A stretch of DNA of 64,000 nt. Origin: a virus. Lineage: Duplodnaviria; Heunggongvirae; Uroviricota; Caudoviricetes. Where the stretch lies: IMG/VR virus record IMGVR_UViG_3300029922_002860, one strand, 5' to 3'. Made by a program: the position numbers and the translations under genes. Position 1 is the first letter of the stretch; the number at the start of each line of letters is the position of its first letter. Shown piece by piece: positions 37,648-45,344 of this stretch. The notes under the pieces are model-generated. The model had not been told where the DNA came from, did not search any database, and saw nothing but the letters and a program-made list of their open reading frames with translations.

Positions 37648-38910
37648 TCACTGGGTCAAAGTCGGGTGATGCCGTCCCGCATGGAGGATGAGGATTTGCC
37701 GGGTTTCGGGCAGCCATTCGAAGAAGAGTCGGAAGCAGTGCTTAGGATCGCGCGAAATCCCTATGCACAGGTGCTTCTGGAGAACGATCTTTGAGCCCTG
37801 GTAGTTGCGCACGTAGAAGTTCGCGTGCTGGCCTACGGTCAAGGGCGACATGTGCGATGAATAGCTCGCACGACACCGCTCGATGGCCTTTTGCACAGTG
37901 GAAAACTCGGCGCCGGACCTGTAGTGGGGAAGGAATCCTTCGAAAAGGAGCCTCACACACGCCCAAGCGGATTCCACGTCCTCAAACGGGGAGTCTTCGA
38001 GCGAGCGGATTGCCGGCTTGTCGAACACGATGCGTTCGCCAAAGCAGAGGTCGCATGCCACAGGAAAGTCGATCAGCCGCCGGGGCGGATGTATCTCCAC
38101 AGCCGACGCGGCCTTGGCAAGAAGCCCATCCCTTTCAGCTCGAACAATCGCTAGGTCGTTCTGGAGGTCTGCTACAGCGAGTTCGGCCGTGGAGAGAGCT
38201 GAACTTAGTCGGACGGTTTCGGTCTCGAACTCGGTAGAAAGAGCGCTCTTGTAAGACAGTTCTTTTCTAAGAAGGACCCGCTTAACCCCTACTGCCCGTG
38301 CCCTTGCCCTGCCACGTTGCACCACCCGGACCTCTTGTGTCCCAACGAGCAGGCTGGTCGTTGCGACGGAAGAGTGCCCGAGCCATTCGGCTGTCTTGAG
38401 CAAGTTTTCGCCAGATGAAACGTAGTAGTCGTGGGCCGCAGTCGCGTACAATTTCTGCGGATTAAGCCCCTTCACTCCCGCCGCCCTCCCCATAGACCTT
38501 ATGTTCTGAAAGCAGGTAGCTCGATCCATCGCCCTTCCACGGCTCTGCCTTGACTTGAAAAGGTGCGAGGACGGATCTTGCCCAGCCTCTACCACCAGCG
38601 CCGTAAGCGACGACCGGCATTCCTGTGGGATTTGGCGACATTGCCGAAGGATACATCTCCGACGAACATCCCCTCGTTGAACCTCATCCTTTACCTTTCC
38701 GAATTCAAAGTCCCAAACGTCGCCCACGGTTAGGGCGATAACCTCCATGGCCCCAATTCCTGCGTGCCGAAGCAGGTAAAATAGGGCCTGGTTTCTAAGG
38801 GAGAATGCCGGGAGGGCTTTCGCGATTCGAGCGTCTTCGTCCGGCGTGAGGAATCGCTCGGACTGCGTCGGTTGAGGGACCGATCCTAGGGTGAGGGCAG
38901 TGGCTACCAT
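37648..38910 (-). CDS. tyrosine-recombinase (phage integrase family) catalytic-domain-like protein with long C-terminal extension
   Basis: LLRHAGIGAMEVIALTVGDV and LGHSSVATT segments. No obvious catalytic Tyr. CCCCCATACTTGTTGT immediately before the ATG. Confidence 0.45.
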   Translation of the reverse strand: MVATALTLGSVPQPTQSERFLTPDEDARIAKALPAFSLRNQALFYLLRHAGIGAMEVIALTVGDVWDFEFGKVKDEVQRGDVRRRCILRQCRQIPQECRSSLTALVVEAGQDPSSHLFKSRQSRGRAMDRATCFQNIRSMGRAAGVKGLNPQKLYATAAHDYYVSSGENLLKTAEWLGHSSVATTSLLVGTQEVRVVQRGRARARAVGVKRVLLRKELSYKSALSTEFETETVRLSSALSTAELAVADLQNDLAIVRAERDGLLAKAASAVEIHPPRRLIDFPVACDLCFGERIVFDKPAIRSLEDSPFEDVESAWACVRLLFEGFLPHYRSGAEFSTVQKAIERCRASYSSHMSPLTVGQHANFYVRNYQGSKIVLQKHLCIGISRDPKHCFRLFFEWLPETRQILILHAGRHHPTLTQ

Positions 38911-38990
38911 ACAACAAGTATGGGGGAACGCTGCCAGGGATTCCTTCAGGAAAGGCCGGTTTTCTACCCCACGCACCCCATACTTTCATT

Positions 38991-39449
38991 GTGCCAACAG
39001 AACTTATCTATTTCCCGATGCGCCAACTTCGCTGGGGCGAGGGCGCTCCCGACGACCAGATGTCGGGGAGCCTGACCGTGTTTCGGGTCGCCAAACAGAA
39101 CCGCCGCGGTTCCCCAGCCTCGCAGGGTTCAGAGGCGCGTTACTGCAACGCCGCCGGTACGGTTGTCATCGCCCTGGCAAAGGAAGAATTGGCCCGTACG
39201 CGGAATCTTTTGGAGCGCGCCGAAAAGGTCTCCTCCGACTACCAGGAGCACATGGGTGTCGTGGAGGCCCAGGGTGTTGGCAACGGACCGATCATCTTCC
39301 ACTTCCGTGACGGCAAGCTCTCCGTTGAAGTCTCTCTGGAGGCTTCGGTCGAGGAGGAAGTGCGCGTAACCCGCAAGATCGTCCTTACCAAAGGCGGCGC
39401 ATCAATCAACCTGCCGTACTTCGGAGAAGCCTTACCCCCTAAGAACTGA
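38991..39449 (+). CDS. hypothetical protein (152 aa, GTG start)
   Basis: CCCCATACTTTCATT then GTG. Divergent from the recombinase gene. Confidence 0.45.
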   Translation: MPTELIYFPMRQLRWGEGAPDDQMSGSLTVFRVAKQNRRGSPASQGSEARYCNAAGTVVIALAKEELARTRNLLERAEKVSSDYQEHMGVVEAQGVGNGPIIFHFRDGKLSVEVSLEASVEEEVRVTRKIVLTKGGASINLPYFGEALPPKN

Positions 39450-39759
39450 GCCTGGCTGCCAACGCTGCGTCGCTCGGCGACGACATTTCGACCGCAACTG
39501 CGATCAATGTCAGTGGATTCTTACCGGCTGACACCATGGCTTTGGCCGCAGGGATCACGGCGGAAAGAGGATTTGGGTTCCTCTCCTCGGCCATGATGCG
39601 CTCGATCTCGGGCTTCAATCTGGCAACCGTTGCCGGCCACGTATCGCCGAGAAGCTCCCTCGCCGTATCACGGGCATGTTCAAGTTGAATGGCCAGTTGG
39701 ATCATGGTCGGCATAGGGCTGGATTGTGCATGTAGACCACATTTGCCCACCCTAGGCAA
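39439..39759 (-). CDS. hypothetical helical protein (start uncertain)
   Basis: ORF convergent with gene 38991..39449. Confidence 0.25.
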   Translation of the reverse strand: MPRVGKCGLHAQSSPMPTMIQLAIQLEHARDTARELLGDTWPATVARLKPEIERIMAEERNPNPLSAVIPAAKAMVSAGKNPLTLIAVAVEMSSPSDAALAARLSS

Positions 39760-40096
39760 GGTGGCCTATGCAGGGGAATCCTAGAGCCACGGACGAAGTT
39801 TAGCCTCGTCCTCGCTCGTGATCTTTCGCCGGGTGGCCTTAATTGGTCGATCCGAACCGTCGCACTCCGAGATCCACTTCTGGACGGCAGGGTGGAAAGT
39901 GACATCAACGACGACGCGCTTACCATCTGTCGTGTTGTAATGCCCTTGACCGTGTTGGTCAGCAAGTCGCTCCCTTTTTTTCGCAGGTCTTCAGCAGGCA
40001 TGGGAAATATCATCGGCGAATAAGGCCGGAATTCAACCAGCACAGGTTCGATTCCGTTCGGGCTCGTAAAGGCAGAATGCCGCCCGATCCTAAATG

Positions 40097-41161
40097 TCAG
40101 GAGGCGAGCCTGCGGGTCGCGTGCATTCTGACGCCACCGCCGCCCGGCAAAAGCTCGTAGGTGGGCTGGTAGCCGTGCGCGTGGAAAACCATTCGTACTA
40201 ACGGCAGGCCGGTCCCAAGGTGACCGTTCGGCTTCGAGGAGTAGCTCCCGTGCTTAACTTTGTAGAGTTCGCGGGGGTCCATCGCGCGCCCGTCGTTGTC
40301 GAGAGTGAACCCACTGGTCCAATCGGCGCTACTGAACACGATATTCTTCGCCTTGGCGTCCACTGCGTTCTGGAGAATGGCCCGGAACGCTTGGCCCATC
40401 TGAAACGGCATCCCATTCGCCGGGAACGAGCCTCCGTCGCAGCGAATTGTAAGCTTGAGCGAACTGGCGAAGGCGTCGTCGGCACATGCGGCCTTCAGGC
40501 ACTCGACCACGTCGAAGCGTTCGATGTCCGCGAGCGGTCCGCAAAGCGACCGCCACGAAGAAATAAGTGCGTGCGCCCGCCGCGAATAGGCCATGACGGA
40601 CTGAAGCTTCTCGTTAACCTCGCTCACCGAGGCTCCGCGTACAGGTGTTTCAATCTCGTGGGATGAGGCAACAATCATCTCGGAGAGGTCATCGACCATG
40701 ATGTGGGCGGAGGACAGCAGGCTCTTCAATACCTGCGCATCGAGACGAAGCTTGTTGAGGGATTTCATTTCCCTCCTGGCGGCCACCCGCTGAGCGCAGG
40801 TGTGGATCGCGTCCTGGAGCTTGTTCAGGGGCGGCATCTTTACCAAGAAAAGGTCGCATTCCAGTGAGGAGGTCATCTCCGAGAGCACGCTCGACGGATA
40901 GCCAGTGAGCATGATGGTCCCAACGTAGGGGTCAGACCCACGAATGCTCCTAAGAACGTCGATGCCGGTGATTCCACCGGGCATCTGGTAGTCGAAGATC
41001 ACCACGTCCCATTCCTTGGACTGGAACTTCTCCAAACCGGCCATTCCTCCAACAGCGATCTCTGGTTTGATCGCTTTGCCAAGCGTGGACCGAATCGACA
41101 GCAGGAAGTTCTCGTCATCGTCAATGAAGAGAACGCGTAGGGGGGTTACGGAAGTGGGCAT
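40097..41161 (-). CDS. response-regulator receiver domain fused to a histidine-kinase-like ATPase domain
   Basis: REC domain (VLFIDDDENF...DVVIFDYQMPG). DHp-like helix with His. HATPase_c-like C-terminus. Confidence 0.65.
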   Translation of the reverse strand: MPTSVTPLRVLFIDDDENFLLSIRSTLGKAIKPEIAVGGMAGLEKFQSKEWDVVIFDYQMPGGITGIDVLRSIRGSDPYVGTIMLTGYPSSVLSEMTSSLECDLFLVKMPPLNKLQDAIHTCAQRVAARREMKSLNKLRLDAQVLKSLLSSAHIMVDDLSEMIVASSHEIETPVRGASVSEVNEKLQSVMAYSRRAHALISSWRSLCGPLADIERFDVVECLKAACADDAFASSLKLTIRCDGGSFPANGMPFQMGQAFRAILQNAVDAKAKNIVFSSADWTSGFTLDNDGRAMDPRELYKVKHGSYSSKPNGHLGTGLPLVRMVFHAHGYQPTYELLPGGGGVRMHATRRLAS

Positions 41162-41184
41162 GTTTTCACATTATCGTCTCAAAA

Positions 41185-41255
41185 CGTGGGGATTCAAGGA
41201 AGAGGTCGCTCCCCCGGGGGAGTAGAAACACTCCCCAGAATTCCACGTTTTAGCG
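41185..41255. promoter_or_regulatory. approximately 70-bp imperfect palindrome (AAAACGTGGGGATTC ... GAATTCCACGTTTT) centred on CCCCCGGGGG
   Basis: Fills the gap between the sigma factor stop and the response-regulator start. Confidence 0.4.
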
Positions 41256-41936
41256 AGAAAGTTCCCGGACCTCAGGCATCTTGCTCAGGCGCAGGAGCCC
41301 TCGACGGATCATCTTCAGGGCGCTGGTCTCACACTTGCCAAGCTCCGCCGCGATCTGCTTGGCAGACCACCCTTCAAGGACGTTCAACTCGACAGCGGCC
41401 CGCTCCTTTGGAGGCAGCTTGGCGACAGCCTCGCGCAAAACCTCGGGAGAGTCGTCGAAAAAGGGGTTTCCTGACTCCGCGAGCACGGGTTCGTCCGGCA
41501 ACGCAACGTGCTGGGAGGTAAGCTCCATTTCAAGCAACTCCTTCACCTTCGCGGGAGGGATGCCCTCAACGCGCGGGATTGCGACCGCGCGTCCCGCCAA
41601 GAAGTCCGCCCGCTGCTGGCGATGGATCTTCGTGAGCATCGCCCTGGAGTGCCGGCTCAGCCGGTCAATCAGCCGCTTTTCGTTGGTGATCGCCGTGGAA
41701 ACGAAGACGAACAGGCGCGCCCGCTCGTCATCCTCTGTGTCGGAAGCCAGGTGCTTGCCTGTGCGGTAGAACTGGGCGTACGCGTTCGCGGCAACACTCT
41801 CGATGTCCTCACGCTCCATGCCGTAGGGTATAAACCCGTAATGCACGGACATCGCGCGTTGGGCCACGGGAAAGTTACGGGCATGGATGAACCGTGCCTG
41901 AATGCTGGTTTCGGGTGTGTCTGTCATGCGATTCAA
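41250..41936 (-). CDS. ECF-like sigma-70 family sigma factor
   Basis: Region 4 (ERAAVELNVLEGWSAKQIAAELGKCETSALKMIRRGL). CGCCATCTTGAATCGC immediately before the ATG. Confidence 0.65.
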   Translation of the reverse strand: MNRMTDTPETSIQARFIHARNFPVAQRAMSVHYGFIPYGMEREDIESVAANAYAQFYRTGKHLASDTEDDERARLFVFVSTAITNEKRLIDRLSRHSRAMLTKIHRQQRADFLAGRAVAIPRVEGIPPAKVKELLEMELTSQHVALPDEPVLAESGNPFFDDSPEVLREAVAKLPPKERAAVELNVLEGWSAKQIAAELGKCETSALKMIRRGLLRLSKMPEVRELSR

Positions 41937-41987
41937 GATGGCGTTGGCGGCATCAGAGAAACGACCGCCGGCCGGATTGATGCGTCT

Positions 41988-42494
41988 TCAGGCAGCCTTC
42001 TCTTCCTTGTTTTGTCGCTGCATGTACTCGGCTGCCGTGCCGGCGTACGAGAGGCGGATGCTAACGTGCCAATACTTGCGCCGGCCGTAGTCCTGGCCGG
42101 CCCTGATCGGAACCCGGTACTTCCGGGTCGCGATCATTGTGCCGACCTTTCGGCCTTTTGCGGCCTCAAACAGAGATGTGGCTGTGAAAGAGGCGAGAGG
42201 GGTGCCGGACAGGCTCTTCAGCGTATCCTCAACCGTCCTGAGATCGGAGCCATCTCCGCTGCCGCCGTCGTAGTCGGAGGTGTGCGAAACCTCGAATAAC
42301 GGCGCGTCGGCTTCGATTGTGAACTGCTCGGGTTTGCCCAGGGCAAACTTTGCCCCTTTGACCTTCGCCGGATTCTCGTAGTCATAGGCCGCAGCGAGCT
42401 GCGCTGCGTCCTCTTGTTTCGCGAAGAGCGCGAACGTCTCGTGGCCGCAGGTCTGCCAGTTGATCCTGACGCCAAACAGTTCTGGGGTTTTCAT
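41988..42494 (-). CDS. hypothetical protein (168 aa)
   Basis: GCGCCATCTTGGGTAAATC then ATG. Confidence 0.45.
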   Translation of the reverse strand: MKTPELFGVRINWQTCGHETFALFAKQEDAAQLAAAYDYENPAKVKGAKFALGKPEQFTIEADAPLFEVSHTSDYDGGSGDGSDLRTVEDTLKSLSGTPLASFTATSLFEAAKGRKVGTMIATRKYRVPIRAGQDYGRRKYWHVSIRLSYAGTAAEYMQRQNKEEKAA

Positions 42495-42674
42495 GATTTA
42501 CCCAAGATGGCGCCGTGATTCAACCGCCCGGCACCCGGACGCCTCGCTACGCGAAGCTGCGTACTCAGCGTCCCATGATCGGCGGAACTGAGGAGGCAAG
42601 GCGCCTTCTCATACCGGAGGAGGCGTAAAATGGACCAGACGCCCTCAGCCGCCGCACCTCATCGAAGGTTCCGA

Positions 42675-42995
42675 TCAAGGCGGCGGGAGGTAGGCGTTGC
42701 CACTCTTGGCGGCAAGGATCGCCTCCGCAGCAAGGGGCGCATAAACGATGCCCCTGTACTCGACTTCCATGTCGCCAAGCGGCTTACCGCATTCGCGGCA
42801 TCTCGCACGGGTAAAGCTTCCGCTCCTGTGCGGCGGCCTAAGCGCCGCGTGGTAGTAGCATGAACAATCGCAATTCAACCGGAGGACGTGATATTTGCGG
42901 ACTACGGCCTTCGATGTAAGCTCGCCTGCCTCGACCCTCTGCCGAGCGGAAACTTGCGCTGCTTTCTTTAACTGGAGTTCTTCAGCTTTCATTTC
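42675..42995 (-). CDS. zinc-ribbon-containing hypothetical protein
   Basis: CxxC...CxxC pairs. Its ATG overlaps the upstream stop. Confidence 0.35.
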   Translation of the reverse strand, partial: EMKAEELQLKKAAQVSARQRVEAGELTSKAVVRKYHVLRLNCDCSCYYHAALRPPHRSGSFTRARCRECGKPLGDMEVEYRGIVYAPLAAEAILAAKSGNAYLPPP

Positions 42996-43336
42996 CGAAA
43001 CACCGGTCGCCCAGTCCGTCGAGCTTCGATGATTGCCGGCTCGTAGCCCGGGTCCTTGATAATGGCTCGTCCGCACGGAGTGATGTGCCAGTACAAATCG
43101 CTATTTCCGCCCCCCTGTGAGCCGCGATCAGGCGTAATGAGGCAAAGTTCCACGAGTTTCCGGGCCGTCGCCGCTGAATAGCGCGCCCCCCCAACCCAGA
43201 CCTCGATGCCAGCCCATGCAATGTCTTCGCCTTCCTTTACCATCTGACCGAGGCACCTCTCCATTGCTGCCGTCAGCCATGGACTTCGGGTGGGTGCCGG
43301 TTTTGCCGAGCGGCTCTTTTTAGGTCCCTTGAACAT
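42989..43336 (-). CDS. hypothetical protein (115 aa)
   Basis: GCCATCTTGCTCT then ATG. Confidence 0.45.
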   Translation of the reverse strand: MFKGPKKSRSAKPAPTRSPWLTAAMERCLGQMVKEGEDIAWAGIEVWVGGARYSAATARKLVELCLITPDRGSQGGGNSDLYWHITPCGRAIIKDPGYEPAIIEARRTGRPVFRK

Positions 43337-43447
43337 AGAGCAAGATGGCTCCTCGTTACGGAAAGTTCAATCCGTACCGGCCTGAGCTGCCGTGTATCGA
43401 AAGAAACGTCGTGCCCCCTTCTGCCCCTCCCCCGGGGGAGGGGGTGG

Positions 43448-43861
43448 GTGGCTCGAATGAAGTGGACACCGCGGGGCACGGACAGTCGTTATAGTAATCG
43501 CATGACAACACTATGCTCCCAGATCAGACAGGTGGCGAAAATGCGTGCTGAGTTTGAGCAGGCTCGCAATCGCGAACTGGCCAAGCTGCACATTACGTTT
43601 GGGTACGAAACTCCGCTTGAGTTGATCCACGCCATAAAAAAGCATGCCAGAAAGCCTGTGGTTGTTGCTTCAGGGGCTCCGAAAGGCAATCGCTCCCACC
43701 GCTTGAGCGAAACAGAGCGGGCGGCCCTCAGGAAGGACGTTCTTGCCGGGGCTACAGCGGGACAAATCTCCAAGAAATATAAAATCTCGTGGCCCGCTGC
43801 CCAATACCACGTGGCTCGAAAAGGGAAGCCCGCCGTCAAGAAGGGGCCGCAACCAGGATGA
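43448..43861 (+). CDS. helix-turn-helix DNA-binding protein
   Basis: ATAGQISKKYKISWPAAQYHV is HTH-like. The GC palindrome CCCCTCCCCCGGGGGAGGGG sits upstream. Confidence 0.4.
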   Translation: MARMKWTPRGTDSRYSNRMTTLCSQIRQVAKMRAEFEQARNRELAKLHITFGYETPLELIHAIKKHARKPVVVASGAPKGNRSHRLSETERAALRKDVLAGATAGQISKKYKISWPAAQYHVARKGKPAVKKGPQPG

Positions 43862-44075
43862 ACCGGTCGTGGCCGATGATGAGTCCGCAGGTGCGGCCGT
43901 TGTCCCAAGTCACGTGGAGCACGCCCATGTCATCGACCGTCGAGACCTTGCCTTCATCGCCGCGAGTAAGCGGCTGTGGGTCATCGTCCCCATAGGCCAC
44001 GAAACGAACGCGGCGTCCCACATACCGAGCACGGTAGCGGTCTACGGGTATGGTTGCTTGGGTCATGGTGGCCAT
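43836..44075 (-). CDS. small hypothetical protein (79 aa)
   Basis: GCGCCATCTTGGTCC then ATG. Confidence 0.45.
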   Translation of the reverse strand: MATMTQATIPVDRYRARYVGRRVRFVAYGDDDPQPLTRGDEGKVSTVDDMGVLHVTWDNGRTCGLIIGHDRFILVAAPS

Positions 44076-44093
44076 GGACCAAGATGGCGCAGG

Positions 44094-44966
44094 TCAAGCT
44101 TGGGGGCCGAAGACCGCCGCACCTTCGTTGAGCATCGCGTGGCGAGGTGCCGGAAAGGGTAGAGAGCGAAGCTTAGCCGGCGCTGGGTCCATCTCCCGCT
44201 TCGCCGAAACGGCCAGTTGTAGCTCTGGCGAAGCCATCAAAATCTGTTTGGAATCGAAGACCACGTAGGACTGGGCGAAGGACCCGCCGCCGGCGGCGTC
44301 CATAAACGTCACGCAGTCATATCCGAGGTGTCCTGCCGCCCGCGTGAAATCGTCTTGGTAGCGGCTGTACCAGTCTTGGCCCATGCTCTCCTGAAAAGTC
44401 TTCCTCGCCAAAAGAACCGCCATGGACACCTTCGGCGCGTCGGACATGAAGTCCCTTAGCCTGGTGGCTTCGTCCGTGCGTCCCATCTCGCCGAGCTGCT
44501 CCGCGATGTTCTCGATGTCCCAATCGCTGGGCTCCTGCTTTTTCAAGGCGTGGCTCAATTCCTCTGCCACGTCTGGGTTGCGCTCCGCCAAGCGGCCAAT
44601 GGCTTCCCATGCCTCCCGGATTGAATCAGGCGAAGGTCCCTCGTCGAGGTCATCAATCGCCTCGCGGGCTATGGCTTCGAACACTTGGTCGTCTTCGAGG
44701 TCCGCGATCCGCCTTGCGTTCAGGTAGACCTCATAAGTTTTGCCGCCCCGGTTGCCCTTGTAGAAATCCGCAGCCGAGCGCTCGGGCGTGAAGAAGTAGC
44801 CGTAGGCAGTGTCTTGCCGGTTGATCGTCTCAATGTCTTCGCACGAGCTTCCGTGAAAGAGGAGGAGTGGGGCTCCTCCTTGGCCCACCACTCTCGATCC
44901 ATCGAACCACCGCCAAAACGCTGCCGCCTCGGATTGGACAGTAGGTTCTGTGGGCATCCCTGGCAT
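44094..44966 (-). CDS. hypothetical protein (290 aa; N-terminal region weakly ADP-ribosyltransferase-like)
   Basis: CACCCCATAATTTAGGA then ATG. The LLLFHGSS...GYFFTPERS segment is the weak similarity. Confidence 0.45.
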   Translation of the reverse strand: MPGMPTEPTVQSEAAAFWRWFDGSRVVGQGGAPLLLFHGSSCEDIETINRQDTAYGYFFTPERSAADFYKGNRGGKTYEVYLNARRIADLEDDQVFEAIAREAIDDLDEGPSPDSIREAWEAIGRLAERNPDVAEELSHALKKQEPSDWDIENIAEQLGEMGRTDEATRLRDFMSDAPKVSMAVLLARKTFQESMGQDWYSRYQDDFTRAAGHLGYDCVTFMDAAGGGSFAQSYVVFDSKQILMASPELQLAVSAKREMDPAPAKLRSLPFPAPRHAMLNEGAAVFGPQA

Positions 44967-44990
44967 TCCTAAATTATGGGGTGTGCCTGC
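44967..44990 (-). promoter_or_regulatory. conserved upstream motif CACCCCATAATTTAGG (class A)
   Basis: Motif abuts the ATG of gene 44094..44966. Confidence 0.45.
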
Positions 44991-45213
44991 CCACTGGGCC
45001 TTCAGCCGTAAATCCGGAACAGCTATGTGGGGACTTGCCGCAAAGGCGCCCGCGCTGATGGAGGAATGACTCTCCGATAAGTCTGTAAAGAGTCGCAGGC
45101 GAGCAACCTGCCATAGCCGCTTCGTTTGAACCGGGTTGCCCGAAGTGCGTGCCCTGGAGTCTCACCCCCGGGGGGGTAGCTGTCCTTCAGTCAATAGACG
45201 CGCTAAGAACAGC

Positions 45214-45246
45214 AAAAAAACGAGAGACCAGAAGGCCAGTCTTCTC
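45214..45246 (-). terminator. candidate rho-independent terminator in the 370-nt intergenic region
   Basis: Imperfect GAGAGAC/GTCTTCTC hairpin followed by a T7 run on the minus strand. Confidence 0.35.
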
Positions 45247-45344
45247 TAAACTGTGACACGAAAGGTACGATCCTTTCTTAGGCCGGGACTGCCCCGCTCG
45301 GCTAGTGGAGGCCCGACAACCGACACCAATGGGCTCTACACCTA

